This document shows, one piece after another, positions 1-13,704 of a stretch of DNA of 64,000 nucleotides. Source of the DNA: Tubiluchus corallicola (lineage: Eukaryota > Animalia > Priapulida); assembly GCA_030141605.1 (NCBI GenBank), contig JAQGDQ010000266.1, forward strand, positions 248,001-312,000, in the 5' to 3' direction. Within the stretch, counting starts at the first letter, position 1, and each line of letters opens with the position of its first letter. The position numbers and the translations under genes are program-made. The notes beneath the pieces are model-generated. The model was given only the letters and a program-made list of their open reading frames with translations. It had not been told where the DNA came from and did no database searches.

Positions 1-200
1 GAATGAACAATGGAGTGACTGGTGAATGAACTATGTAGTAACTGGTGAATGAACTATGTAGTAACTGGTGAATGAACTATGTAGTCACTGGTGAATGAAC
101 AATGGAGTGACTGGTGAATGAACCATATAGTAATTGGTGAATGAACTATTTAGTGACTTGTAAATAAACAATGTAGTGACTTGTGAATAAACAATGTAGC
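1..200. repeat. 23-bp minisatellite (GAATGAACTATGTAGTAACTGGT-like), ~8 copies, truncated by the window start
   Basis: Unit recurs every 23 nt from position 1, degenerating toward 200; lies in the intron before the EGF exon. Confidence 0.9.
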
Positions 201-235
201 TGTTTCATCTTTTGAAAGTTATTTTCTTTATTTAG

Positions 236-364
236 TGACCTGTGATGATGATCCATGTGAGAACCATGGAGTATGTATTTATACATACAATCTGTCTTAT
301 GGAAACGTATTCAAATGTCTTTGTCCTCTTGGATTTAGTGGCCGCTTCTGTGAGAATCAAAAAG
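236..364 (+). CDS. EGF-like domain exon (phase 1-1) of a gene starting upstream of the window
   Basis: ttctttatttag acceptor (AG 234-235), GT donor at 365; 129 nt; translates xTCDDDPCENHGVCIYTYNLSYGNVFKCLCPLGFSGRFCENQK with six-Cys EGF spacing and CxCxxGFxGxxC. Confidence 0.88.
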
Positions 365-754
365 GTGTTTTTTATTAATAACAAAATGTTGACGTGTCTT
401 TCAATACAAAAAAAAAACAACAAAAATGACACTAAGTTGTAACTATAATTTTTCTTATTTTAAATTACGTCTAATGCAGTTTATTTTATTTAAGTTAAGA
501 TGTGCCAGTAGGACTATTATTAAATTTAGAAGCATGACTTTAAACGCTCGTTTTAAGTAAGTGGTCGAGCATGTTATTACCCACAGTGACCTGTTGTACA
601 TGAAACAAGTTTGGAGCGCTAGTGTCCACTGTCCATTTGTTGGTCAGTCTTGGTAAATTCTGTATACCAATGTGAGCCGTTAAACATGCTTTAAAATGAA
701 AACCGTGACCTTCTTTGCTGTTTTTCAATTTTGACATTTTTTCCTGTTTTACAG

Positions 755-777
755 ATTCCGAGGATGAAATTATGTGA
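755..777 (+). CDS. Probable terminal coding exon of the EGF-domain gene (DSEDEIM*)
   Basis: Strong acceptor ttttttcctgttttacag (AG 753-754) in the matching phase 1; TGA at 775-777; AATAAA at ~910. Confidence 0.55.
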
Positions 778-1959
778 GACAAAATAGTATTCGATGGTGG
801 TTTTGAGTGAGAGACAGAAAGAATTGCAATACAAAGCGTTCAGGGCACTCCACATATTCTTAATTTGACATCCTACAAATGAAATTGGTTTGAGAAAAAA
901 GGACTAAGGAATAAATGTTTAAACCTACAGACTGCAGAACTACCCTCTTCTATTGGTGTTATAAGGTGGAGAGTAATTTGTTACGATACTAACAAAAGAA
1001 TGAATTATATGATTCTGTATTTGTATGTAATTATAACACTGAATACCAATATAAGTCTTTAGCTCAGCGGTAGAATGTGCTAAACTGCTAACTCTCAGTT
1101 ACTATCATTATTTTCTGCATTGTTACTTACATAATGTTACTTCGAAGCTGTTTTAAGCATTAAACATTCCGCTTGATTCAAATGTAGAATTGAACCTACA
1201 ACCTTCCTCAAATGTGCTGAGAAGAATAACAATATTGATAATTTATGGAAAAATACTCCATAGCCGTCAATTGCTGCTATACAATTATTAAGTTAATGAT
1301 GCCGAACAGTTAACCCGAGTTAGACCTTCCTAACAGCAGTAACTCTTGTGTCTCAATTAAATAGAGCAAATTTGTTTTAGTTATTTTACTGCATAAATTA
1401 TAATGTGCAAATGCATTGAAAAATGTTTTCACAAAACATCAATGTTTTTATCGCCTTTCTAAGATAAATTTTAATCGTCAGCTGATTTCTTAATAATGTT
1501 ATTATATTGTAAATAGTTGCACTAACACACTGATGATTGAAAAGTTATTTATTTAATTTATTTACTCAACATTCGTTATAATTATTTGATTTATAATTTT
1601 TATGCTGCCTTTGCATTCCTCCCGTAGGGTATGTTTTTAGTGTGTAAGTTTGATTATGCCTATTTGTTTAAATGCCTGTTAAAATACACTCTTTAGAATT
1701 AAATGGTTTAGTGTGTAATAGGTCTATTTCTAATAATAGTCGCTATACATTTATGAATTTAATTTCAATAGTATATATTGCAACACTGAATTTTTATAAA
1801 AAATATTGTCTTATATATATATATTTATAGGTAAATGCGGTAAACAATATATAAACTAAGTTACTGGTTTCAGTAGTTATGTAATTATGTAGTAATTTGA
1901 AAAGGTGTCTGTTAGACGTGATCATTGTTTCATGTTCAGTTATTTTTCATGACAATATG

Positions 1960-4025
1960 CTATAATCCCCTTTTGATGCTTTTACAATCATTTTAAGCTG
2001 TTGGCAAATCCCACCATAGATGCACAGTTAATTAATTTTGATGACGCTTTTTGAGACGAAGTTAGAAAATTTTGCATCTAGTTATAATTTTGATGAACAA
2101 TGTGAGAATGACGATTGCTAAACAACTGGCAATGATGGTATACCCATTAAATGTGTTAAAGAGGGATCGAAAGAAATACTAAACTGTTTACTGAAAATGG
2201 TTAATACGATATTTAACACAGGGTATTTTTCAGCAGAATGCTCCGAATCTGTTATCCTACCTATACATAAATCAGGCCCTCGTAGTGACCCACATGACTA
2301 CAGAGGCATTAGTCTTTTAACTGTAATTGGCAAACTTTTTAAAGCTTTAGTGTGCAGCAGACTTGAATCTTGGGATAAATACGTGATGGCTATACCTGAA
2401 ATACAAGCTGGATTCCGGCCTAACTATAGAACTGCTGATAACGTTTTTATTTTGAAATCCATTGTTGACACATATTTAGCAAAAGACGAAAAACTATATA
2501 CTTGCTTTGTTGATTTTAGAAAAGCCTTTGATTCGGTTGATAGAAGTTGTTTGTTATACAAACTTAGTATATTAGGAATCAAAGGCAAGGTCTTGGGCAT
2601 TATTAAACATCTGTATACTTGTACTAAAAGCTGCGTTAAAACGCAGCATGGAGTCAGAGACTTGTTTTCTGTTAATTTAGGTGTGCTACAGGGATGTACG
2701 CTTCCTCCTATGTTATTTCCATTGTACCTTAGTTATTTAGAAACATTTCTGCGAGTTGAAGCAGTAGATTCGGTTTTACTTGTTCTTACTACTTTATGTT
2801 TGTTTTTGTTTGCCGATGATTTGATTTTAATGAGTAGTTCCAAACAAGGTTTGCAAAACCTGTTAAACCTGCTAAGTGAATATTGTGGGAAATGGAGACT
2901 GACAGTAAATGCTTCTAAAACAAAGATTTTAATATTTGAGAAACGAAACACTTTAGTACTTGAACAAATGCCCTTTTACTACAATGGTATTATGTTAGAA
3001 CACTGTAGTGAATACAAGTATCTAGGAGTATATTTTACTAAAAATGGATAATTCTACAAGGTAAAAGATCACTTGATATGTTAGGGCAACAAAGCCAAGT
3101 TTCCAGTTCACAGTAAATCAAAAACATTTGGATATTTTGACGCCAGTTTAGGAATGTCGTTGTTTGATATTTACGTTGATTATGCATGCGAAGTCTGGGG
3201 ATATAAAGAATTTGATAACTTAGAAAGGGCATGCTTAAAATATTACAAATCAGGTAGGAGTAAAGAGCTCAACACCCACACCAGCTTTCTTGGGGGAATT
3301 GGGGAAATATCCCATCAACCTATCGATTAAAATGAGAGTCATTAAGTATTGGCTGCGTTTAGTTTCACCAAAAGATAACAGAGTGTGCAATGAAGCTTAT
3401 ATTTTGTCTAAACAATATAATTTACCGTGGTATCTAGGGATAACAAAAATACTGTCTGAAATAATATAAATCTAGTGTTTTTATTAGAAAATGATATAGT
3501 GCCATTGTATATGAACACTTTGTATATTCCTGAAGGAAGGTTACAAGCATGCTATGTTACCAATCGGAAAAATTCACTAGCTGAAATGTCAAAGTTATCC
3601 CTTTACAGAAAATGTAAAAGTTCTTTAAAATCTAAGTCTTATTTGGTAAATGCAATGAATGTTAAACATCGTATTGCATTGACTAAGCTTAGAACAAGTG
3701 CTCACTCACTGCCTATAGAAACTGGGCGGTATAGTAAGACCGCCTATTCCTCGAAGTAGCGTCTATGTGCCAGGTGTAACGAAGTCGGTGACGAATGCCA
3801 TTTTATTCTATTTTGTTCTAAACATATCACTGTCCGCAACTTCCTTGTAAATCACACGTTCTATTCCAGACTTTTACTTTTTAAATATTGATGACTAACT
3901 AATTTGTATGATGCAATCCCATGATGTCACTATTCAATGTGCTGTAGTTAAGTTTGTTCGCATTTGTATGTAAAATTTTGTTGTTTGATCGGCCCTATTG
4001 GCCAAAAATCAATAAATTACAACTC
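1960..4025 (+). mobile_element. 5'-truncated, decayed non-LTR retrotransposon (LINE) reverse transcriptase, possibly RTE-X-like
   Basis: ORF 2197-3051 has YRGISLL, QAGFR, FVDFRKAFDSV, GVLQGCTLPP, LFADD, YKYLG; downstream LRTSAHSLPIETGRY plus a Cys/His remnant; stops and frameshifts; AATAAA near 4011. Confidence 0.92.
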
Positions 4026-4077
4026 GAAATTATAAAACTCAGCCCAGACTTAGATTGGCATTGAGAAACACTTCATC

Positions 4078-4590
4078 TCAGAGCTGGAAATGGGTCCATT
4101 GGTCATGGGTCGCTTGGGACGCAGTTCATGTGTGTGTGTGTGTGGGTCTCGTGACCCGCGTGACCCAGATAAAAATTAAATAGTCATATTTTCTAAAGAA
4201 ACGTTTGGGGCTTATTCTTTTAATTTCATCATAGAAATAAAGTAAAACGGTCTATATAATACCACATTAATTTTATAATTGCTGTTGAAGTTTTATTATT
4301 GCAGTGATTGTACCACTGAAAAGTCGACGCTTTTCCTCTTTGAAATCAGTGATAATCAACTGCATTACGGGTACCAACTGTTTACAAATCTAAATTATTG
4401 TGAAGTTATTGAGAAGCTAATTCTGCAGATGTCTTCTGTAGCACCGGATCAATATGGGTCAGATTTGTCAGAATTTCGGTCATTTTATGGTTGATAGGCC
4501 CTGGGTCTATGTCAGATAAGTCACGGTATCCGTTGGACTAGTGGCTAATGGGTCATATTTAATTGACAACCATTTTTCAGGACATCTCTG
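4078..4590. mobile_element. Possible degenerate MITE with imperfect terminal inverted repeats
   Basis: Left CAGAGCTGGAAATGGGTC versus right GACAACCATTTTTCAG..CTCTG; multiple internal GGGTC/GACCC motifs. Confidence 0.35.
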
Positions 4591-6132
4591 CTTCAAGATA
4601 AATATGTTTGCCTTAACTGAGATTCTGTATTTTACGCATCTGTTTAATTACGCAAGTTGAATTTAATTACCCCATTCTCTCTGATTTCTTATTTTTGCGA
4701 TTGTCAAAACTGATTTTATAACATGAAAAATGTGTTACAAGAAATACCCAGCGTACCTTAATTTCTTGTCCACTAACATTATTATAGAAAACAGGTGTTT
4801 GCACAAGAGACATTTCAAAACTGTTTTTTGATTCTTATAAAGAATTTTTATTAAAACGATTTACAAAAATTTTATGCAATATATTCCGTTTTGCCATTAG
4901 CATGCCTTGTGCAAATTACCAATAGTTTCACATTCATTTGTAAATGACTGTGACAATAATTGTGTTATTCTTATTAATTAACAGTAACATAATCTATATG
5001 CCGAACAGAATGTCACAAAACGTTTCTAAAATTTTAATTTGACAAGTTTATCATAAATTCGATTTAAATAACATAAATAACAGTTTAAGATTCTTTTGTA
5101 AACTTTTTGAAGATCATGTAGGCATAACGCCAACAACAATTTTTAGTAGTTTCACACCCGTCTATGCATGTACTAAACTATCATTTGTAATTGTCGTTAG
5201 TTCACCGAACTAAAAAATCTAATTGGTACGGAAGATTATAGCAGGTGAGTAATGCTGCTATGCAGAAATTTCCCCTCATTTTCCGACTTAACCTGCAGGT
5301 TTTAATCGCCACCTTTCTAACAAATTAGCAGTTTGCTTAATTTTAATCCACTGTGATGGTTTCTCAATTTCTGGTTTATTATAATTACCGTATTTTATAG
5401 AGATTAACCAATTATGTTGAAGATTAGTGTTAGTGATCGTATACTCAAATAAATAATAGATTCAGAGTAATTAAGTATTTGAATATATCATTGCATAGTC
5501 GCCATATATTTCATTATATCTGTTGCGCGTATGTATATATTTTTAGTTTTCATTTTTTCCGCTGTAAAAAGAATCAATTATTTCTTTTGGGATCATTTAA
5601 TTAGCGTAGCCCTCTATAATCATTCAGCAGAATGGCTTAACATCCAATACACCAACAGTCGAAATTGCAATCACAAAACCCGGAGAAATATCCACTCCTA
5701 CAACAGGCTTCATGACAAGATGGAGTCCTGCCACCTACAGAGAAAAACAAGAAACAAGTCATAAACTTGACACATTAATAAAGTCAGTGATCAGAAACCA
5801 GAATGTTTTTTTTTGCAGTTTCTAATTTTCAAATTTAAATCCTAGTTGCTTTATCAATGCAACTTCCGGTTTATGTTTACAGGGACAACAAAATTAACAC
5901 CAGGTCACTTATTATGTAATTGCTCTCGGTTAACTCAAATAGAAGAAAAAAAAACTACTAGATATTTTACGAAAAGCCACTTTATTTAGTTAGAAATAAA
6001 TTGTTACTAAAATAATTTGCAAACTGAAAGTTCAATCTTATAATGAGACTTTATGTATTAGAGTATAATAATTAGACTAACATAGATTTATCATCAACAG
6101 GTGTTATCTAATAAAATATTGTTAGCACTTAG

Positions 6133-6222
<90 letters not shown>

Positions 6223-6245
6223 CGCCACCACCACAACAACAACAA
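6133..6245. repeat. (CAA)n microsatellite
   Basis: Direct reading. Confidence 0.95.
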
Positions 6246-6461
6246 GTTTTAATTAACATTTAAGCAAAGGACTTAATTAAATAACGCTAAGACATGACTA
6301 AGACTGATTTTACGGCTAAATTAGCTTGATTTTACAGGCATGCAGACATGTGTAAACAGCTCTTCGTCTAAGACTTTTGAAAGAACGAAGCCTTGTGACA
6401 TTTAGGTGACAAATCAGTGTTTGAACAGTTTTATTGAGCTTTGGTACAAGTGTGAACTACG

Positions 6462-6533
6462 TAAATAAATAAATAAATAAATAAACAAACAAACAAACAA
6501 ACAAGCAAACAAATAAATAAATAAACAAACAAA

Positions 6534-6564
<31 letters not shown>

Positions 6565-6576
6565 ACAAATAAATAA
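6462..6576. repeat. (AAAT/AAAC)n microsatellite
   Basis: Direct reading. Confidence 0.95.
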
Positions 6577-8401
6577 AAGTTTAAGTAAATAAATGAAAAA
6601 AAGTAAAATGAAAGATGACGTAAAGTGACGTGAAAATAAATTAAAACTTTCCCCTAAATTTTGCAAATTTCAAGTCGTTACGTGGCAATCAATTTACGGT
6701 CTCAGAAATGATTATAGAGCGTATGGCGACTTTTATGAAACCGTATGTGCAAGTTAAAATGATGTGCATGCATCTCGGAGGCCATTTCATAAAATTAGCA
6801 GCAACATATTTTTGAAATATTTTTTAGAACATACATCACAACATTTTTGACATATTTTAAAAATGTCAGGAAAATGCCATGCTTATTGAGTGGGTCTGCA
6901 GTTTATTTTCGCAACGGTTGTGACAAGATCGCATTTATAACAACATTTAAAAATTCGCAAAATTCTCAAACGAAAATCGCATGTCCACCTGGTAAAATTC
7001 GTTATTTCTCTGAATCACGCTGCCTGATTGACTCACATTATTTATTTATTTAATTACTTGTTCAACACATGCAACAAAACTTAGCAAAGCAATGCAAACA
7101 CTTGTACGAAGCAGCTGAGAGAGAAGCACATTCGTGCAGGGATATACTGCTGGATATACATATATATATATATATATATTATAGCAACATAACATACCTA
7201 TAATAATTATATGTATGTGATATGGTTCTGTGTAAGCAGCTGTTTAGCCCTGTCGGCTCGATCTCTCATACACATTTTGCTATCTCAATTAATGATGTTA
7301 TATATATATATATATATATAATTAGATCATTAATTAAGTTGATTACCTGGATTACCTGCTATTCATAACTTATCACATTGTAACAGATATCAGGATATCA
7401 GATAAATTTTATTCATTGTGACTTTATTTGTGCCAAATCCACAGCATCTGAGTTTTCGAATTTTGCATCACTAAGATGAATGCCCATCGCATTACCGAAT
7501 TTCAATAATATAAACTAAAATTGTCAGATTTGATATAAAATTAGGTTTTCCGGTAAATAAGACATGTCAATTTCAATGAGTGCAGCAACGTCTATAAAAC
7601 TGATGTGTTACAGAATCCCATGTTTAGGCTCGAGACACGTCGGAACTGGTTAATAAACATGAGTTTTATATAAATTGTTGTCTGATTTACCATTACGTAC
7701 TTTCAATGAACACATTTTGCATTCGAATTATGACTTAATGAGTAATAAGAAGGAATTAAAAAATTACTTGTACAAATGGAATCAATTCGAGCTGCTCCCT
7801 CTAACTTCTTCATTTGGTGGACGACTGGCTTGTCTAGAACTACAAACTCTATAAAAAACATTCATGAAACTTTCTTTTCTGATAAACAATTGCAGTCTAT
7901 AATAATTTACAACAGTTCACGGTAAACAGGAGACTTCAAGTTTGATAGGAAACCCGTTACATAAAGAAACGAAAGCACAAACACTAGACTCAATTATTTG
8001 CGTGATTTTGATTATCAGTTTATTTTAGCAATTATTTGTGTTTATCAGCTAACATATACAAAAATTTGCAAAAGTTTAATGCTGTCGAATCTAACAATTG
8101 CATATCGCTTTAGAGGAAACAAGAGCTCCTCCTTCTCATAGAGCAGCGGCAGATCTGCAGATGGTTGAGCAAACAGCATGAAGAATATTCAACAGAAACC
8201 ACAACTCAGTCATTCAACAGATGGGAAAATTATTTTTTCAAATACTACACTATATATTGACGAGAACAGTATCTGCTATACTGCAAGCGAAATTATAAAG
8301 CACAGTTCACACATGTAAAAGTTTGTATGTTTATGAAATTAAATTCCTAAATGGGTTCACGGCAGAAACAAACCAATAGTGTGACTGATACGTGCCGTAC
8401 T

Positions 8402-9455
8402 CTAAGGTTTAAGTGATGCTCATACTGATACTGCTTCTCATGATTAATGCTGCACTAAGGTTTAAGTGATGCTCATACTGAGGCTGGTTCTCATGATTAA
8501 TGCTGCACTAAGGTTTAAGTGATGCTGATACTGATACTGCTTCTCATGATTAATGCTGCACTAAGGTTTAAGTGATGCTCATACTGAGGCTGGTTCTCAT
8601 GATTAATGCTGCACTAACGTTTAAGTGATGCTGATACTGATACTGCTTCTCATGATTAATGCTGCACTAAGGTTTAAGTGATGCTGATACTGATACTGCT
8701 TCTCATGATTAATGCTGCACTAAGGTTTAAGTGATGCTGATACTGATACTGCTTCTCATGATTAATGCTGCACTAAGGTTTAAGTGATGCTGATACTGAT
8801 ACTGCTTCTCATGATTAATGCTGCACTAAGGTTTAAGTGATGCTGATACTGAGGCTGGTTCTCATGATTAATGCTGCACTAAGGTTTAAGTGATGCTGAT
8901 ACTGATACTGCTTCTCATGATTAATGCTGCACTAAGGTTTAAGTGATGCTGATACTGAGGCTGCTTCTCATGATTAATGCTGCACTAAGGTTTAAGTGAT
9001 GCTGATACTTATACTGCTTCTCATGATTAATGCTGCACTAAGGTTTAAGTGATGCTGATGCTGATACTGCTTCTCATGATTAATGCTGCACTAAGGTTTA
9101 AGTGATGCTGATACTGAGGCTGCTTCTCATGATTAATGCTGCACTAAGGTTTAAGTGATGCTGATACTGAGGCTGCTTCTCATGATTAATGCTGCACTAA
9201 GGTTTAAGAGATACTGAGGCTGGTTCTCATGATTAATGCTGCACTAAGGTTTAAGTGATGCTGATACTGAGGCTGGTTCTCATGATTAATGCTGCACTAA
9301 GGTTTAAGTGATGCTGATACTGAGGCTGGTTCTCATGATTAATGCTGCACTAAGGTTTAAGTGATGCTGATACTGAAGCTGGTTCTCATGATTAATGCTG
9401 CACTAAGGTTTAAGTGATGCTGATACCGAGGCTGGTTCTCATGATTAATGCTGAA
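8402..9455. repeat. 53-bp minisatellite, ~20 copies
   Basis: CTAAGGTTTAAGTGATGCTGATACTGATACTGCTTCTCATGATTAATGCTGCA recurs at 8402, 8455, etc.; variants GATACTGCTT and GAGGCTGGTT; no unique spacers. Confidence 0.97.
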
Positions 9456-9719
9456 CTCACCAGGTTCCAATGATGCTCCGAACTGGAAAACAGCCACTAC
9501 GACGATAAGAACGATTGCTGCCTTGTTCATTTTCTACAAATTTCTTTTCCAAAAATACTAAACAAAAATTAGTAATTAGCAGCTGAAAAATGCAAGTCAG
9601 TTTATTTATACAACTGTAGAGTTACTGTAATTGTAAGAGAAACTGTGACTGTAACCACATCTCAGTATATCTTTGGCATCTTGTGCTCTTGAGACGGATG
9701 CAGAAGTCTAATCAGTCTC

Positions 9720-9840
9720 AAGCGAGTAGTTACACGCACAAGTGAGTAGTTATGCACACAAGTGAGTAGTTATACGCACAAGTGAGTTGTTCTGCACAAA
9801 AGTGAGTAGTTATACACATTGGTGAGTAGCTATGCAAGTG
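9720..9840. repeat. 20-bp tandem repeat (AGTGAGTAGTTATACGCACA), ~6 copies
   Basis: 20-nt periodicity visible across blocks. Confidence 0.85.
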
Positions 9841-10265
9841 ATTATTCATTATTATTTTTACCTTACATGTACGGATCCGAGGGCTTTCTTTGCCTAGTTT
9901 TGAATAGCATTAAAAGAAGTAAAAAACATTAAATAATCAATATAAAAAATAAAGAATTACCTCAAGTAATATTAGAGAAAAGCAAGATTGCAAATGCTTG
10001 ATAAGAACTAAAAAGAAAATGCAATACGATGTAGTTACCGACTGTTTATAAGTTGTTCACTGGGTTTGTTTTTATATGTTTCAAATTTTGTAATTTTGTT
10101 TAATTCTGCTTTGATTCTAATACTTGCTTGCACTGACAATAAATCATCTTGCACAAAAATTAGATTTTGAAGTAAGAATAAAAAGTGTGAGCTGTTGTTT
10201 AGTGACTAACATTTTGTGGAGCAAGCAAGCAATAGCAAATACAGCTAACCCATTAATTAATGAAA

Positions 10266-10432
10266 GTTTACACCGACGCCACATGTCGTCACAAGTGTAC
10301 ACCGACGCCACATGTTGTCACAAGTGTACACCGACGTCACATGTCGTCACAAGTGTACACCGACGTCACATGTCGTCACACGTTTACACCGATGCCACAT
10401 GTTGTCACAAGTTTACACCGATGTCACATATT
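10266..10432. repeat. 29-bp tandem repeat (ACACCGACGCCACATGTCGTCACAAGTGT), ~6 copies
   Basis: CACCGACG at 10271, 10300, etc.; explains repetitive ORFs 10124-10462 and 10260-10457. Confidence 0.92.
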
Positions 10433-11299
10433 TGTGACATTATTTTCGCTGTCTTGACATGACCCTAGTTGCAAGTGCTTGAAATTTGCAAATTTCTGTC
10501 ATACCAATTACTATCAATTCCGTTTTTCCTTAGGCTTCATTCCCTATTTGAGAAAGCAACTATGCATATTAGTTAGCATCAATACGTCGTTTATAAGGGC
10601 AACAATGTGAAAGGTTTAATGCAGCCTGGGTTTGGAGGAGGGACTTTCTGCAAACAGTGCCGCCGTGACGTACTTAGAACACTATGTACCCCGTTCGCCA
10701 TTTATTAGGGCGCTTTAAAATTCATCCACTTGGTCAACCATGGTCAAAAATTTCCGATGTTAGATCACTCACACTACAATGATTCTAACTAATTAGATTA
10801 TTTTTTATTTGATTGATTTCGAGTCATATAAATGAGAACTTACCAGCAAACAATCAAATTCAGCTTTTCCACTGCACTGGAGTTATACCTTCAATTGGGC
10901 TCTGCGTTTATGTAGATTCTTATTAGCAGTTAAGGTCTCTGCTTATATATAAAAGCTGGGCTATATTTTTAGTAAACAATGATCTTTATTAAAAGTGTTT
11001 CACTCCCAAATCATCAATCAGTTTGAATGTAAATAGAATTGCGAAAATTACCAATTTTTTACCGGATATAAAGTGCACTATATCCAATAATCATTTTTAT
11101 TACTTTCTCGCAAAACGTTTGAAGATTTTAATTCAAATAAAGTTATATTTGCCAACAAAAAGTTCTCTTCTTTACATCCTATTAAATAACATTCAAGGTC
11201 AAGTGGAAAGTGTAATCTTGCGGAATTTTTATTTTGATCAGTAAATAAGTTGCGTAAATCAGTTTCGTCGTGCTCGATCCAATATTTTTTTTTTCTTAA

Positions 11300-11890
11300 T
11301 AGAATATATCAAGTTGTATAATATAGAACTGCGAGTAAAGTATGTCGACACTGTACTTTGTTAAACTAATCAACAACTTCTTAAAATTTTGCTATAACAA
11401 AAATCTTCTTGGATTTCGTCAACAAATTTGGAAATAACTCTATATCAAAACAAGCCACACATTTATGGAACTTACGTCTCAGTGAAACGAAGCAAATAAA
11501 ATCTATCCGCCAGTTTAAAAAAGAAATTCAAAGAATATCAATATAACAGGTATCAACTTCCAAATTATGCACTCAGATTTCATCTACCCAGATGAACAGG
11601 AATATGAATTTTATGTGATGTAAAGCGTGTTATGTTAATTGTGTAATGTCAAATGTATATAGAGTGTAAATGTCATGTAAAATTTAATGTAGTTTTGTAA
11701 TATTGTTTTGTAAATATGTGCATACATTGTAAACAATTAGATATTAGATTTGGGTTTTAGTTTCTTTTAGTCTGTGTTTATCTTGAACGGTGTTGTTATT
11801 TCAACCTTACGCTGACGCTTACTCTATTTTATTATAATGAGTAAACAATTTTAATGACAAATAAAGAATTAATATATATATATATATAAT
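11300..11890 (+). mobile_element. 3' remnant of a CR1/L2-group LINE
   Basis: Reads QATHLWNLRLSETKQIKSIRQFKKEIQ (LWN..K..S...FKK, typical of CR1/L2-group ORF2 ends), then AT-rich 3' UTR, AATAAA and (TA)n tail. Confidence 0.55.
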
Positions 11891-13607
11891 ATATTCTCCC
11901 CATTTTTATCACTTAATAACTCGTAAGTCTTGTAAGTTAGGGCTATGGAACTCACAGGGTGAGTAACCCTGGGTACGGGAAGGACATCAATGCAATGCGT
12001 TCACCTTTGACCATTGTTCAAGGACAATGGACAGTGATCGTCGTTCACTTTTACAACTATGATTCAACTCCTCCAAAAGCTTTTAGTTTGTCCAATTTTT
12101 TTCACAATCATTTGGTTACTATGGAGTACATTGGAACCTGGGGTTTTAAAATGCTTTAAATTTAAACCTTAAACGTCCGAGAGCGGGGACCAAATTAGAA
12201 TATTTGGGATACGCTATTTAGTGATCTTTTACGTACTGACGGCTAGGGAACACAAAACTCACAGGGTACACTCTCTGGGCAAAGGGAACTACGTATACAT
12301 GTGACGCGAGTGGCCGAGTCAAAGGTTACGGAACCTTCATTTATTTTTTTTCAAGATCCGTCTGTTCCTATAGCTTGAGAGCTAGGCCCACAATATTTGG
12401 TATGTGGTTAGGCTATTGGGCATGGCGGATTCATTTGGAGGGGGAAAATTTTCCGTTAGGAGGCAAAAATCAACAAATGGGGGTCGGGAACAGAAATGCA
12501 TCGAGTATCTAGGAATAGTACCGTGTAGCACGTCAAATGAAAGTGAATCGAGTGGCATAGTTACAATAAGAATGGTGAACTTGCAACTCCTTTAGGGGTA
12601 AAATAGACTCGAGGAGACAATTGCCTCCCAGTGTCGACCGAAACTAGCATGTCGTACATCAAATGAAAAGTCTCAATGAGACAAGTTGAATGGTATAAGT
12701 TATGCCGAGATTGGTTGATCTCTGACCCCTGGGTCACAGGTTCAAATGTTACAAGCTGCCATTTTATTATGATGTGCAGTTCCTATGCATCAAGCAAAGC
12801 CAATTCAATAAAACAAAGTTAGAACTTTCAAACAAAAAGCTGGCATCTTTTCAATATCCAATTCTGTTATTAATGACTGACTGCAAACTACTTGTTTGTA
12901 ACATCTTCAGTTTCAGACCACGTCAGAGACATTGTCAACTAGTTATCACTGCAAATGTTAAGGTTATTATCACTTTAAATTATGATATCATAATAAAGTT
13001 ACTTTATGTTTTATTTTTTTTACGAAAAGACGGATTTAGTGGTAAAGTTAAATAAATATTTAAACAATATGCTGGACTTTGTGTAATTAACGAATTTGTG
13101 TTTGACGTGCTGACGCACAAAAAACACTAGAAAATATAAAGATGGCGTAATATTGAAACAAAAAAAATCATAGCCGGTTTTCTTTGCACAGCACATGAAA
13201 ATCAGGACAGGCTTGTGTTACAACACATTTTCCTGTCAAAAAAGGATCGATACTTTGTAAAAATAAGCTTTAAGGTGTTTGACTTCATGCGCGCAATTTT
13301 CCAAGGACAAAAAATGTAGGCAAAGTATGAAGTTCATTTTAAACTAACTATTTGTGGCGTGTTACGCAGGTAGTAAACCAACGCCTGTACGTAGAACATG
13401 TACATTTTGATTTGACAGTCGCTTGGTAACGTTCAACACTTATGCTCATATGTCACTTTCCTTACAAGTACTTAAAGAGAGAAGTGGTGGGGATTTAAAC
13501 AAGGAAAGAAAAAAGGTGGGAAAATTGCAGAAGGATGATAGGAGACAAAGAAAGGGCAAACAAGAATGAAAGACAAAGCATGGGAGTGACACTGTCTAGA
13601 CATAAAA

Positions 13608-13610
<3 letters not shown>

Positions 13611-13702
<92 letters not shown>
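13611..13702. repeat. (AG)n microsatellite
   Basis: Direct reading. Confidence 0.97.

Positions 13703-13704
<2 letters not shown>

Noticed and set aside
2197-3051. RT ORFs as retron, DGR or other prokaryote-type diversifying RT linked to the LRR genes
   Set aside because: Motifs, APE domains and 3' tails are those of ordinary decayed non-LTR retrotransposons; no template/variable repeat pair seen.
5201-8170. Possible orphan + strand exons (5201-5244 with GTGAGT donor, ~5628-5820, ~8114-8180)
   Set aside because: Phases do not join into a convincing ORF, they do not fit the phase-1 EGF exon, and no motif is recognisable.
8402-9455. Regular repeat arrays (also 30894-31152, 34030-35392, 51459-51753) as CRISPR-like arrays
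   Set aside because: Units are head-to-tail with no unique spacers, no cas genes, and the context is eukaryotic.
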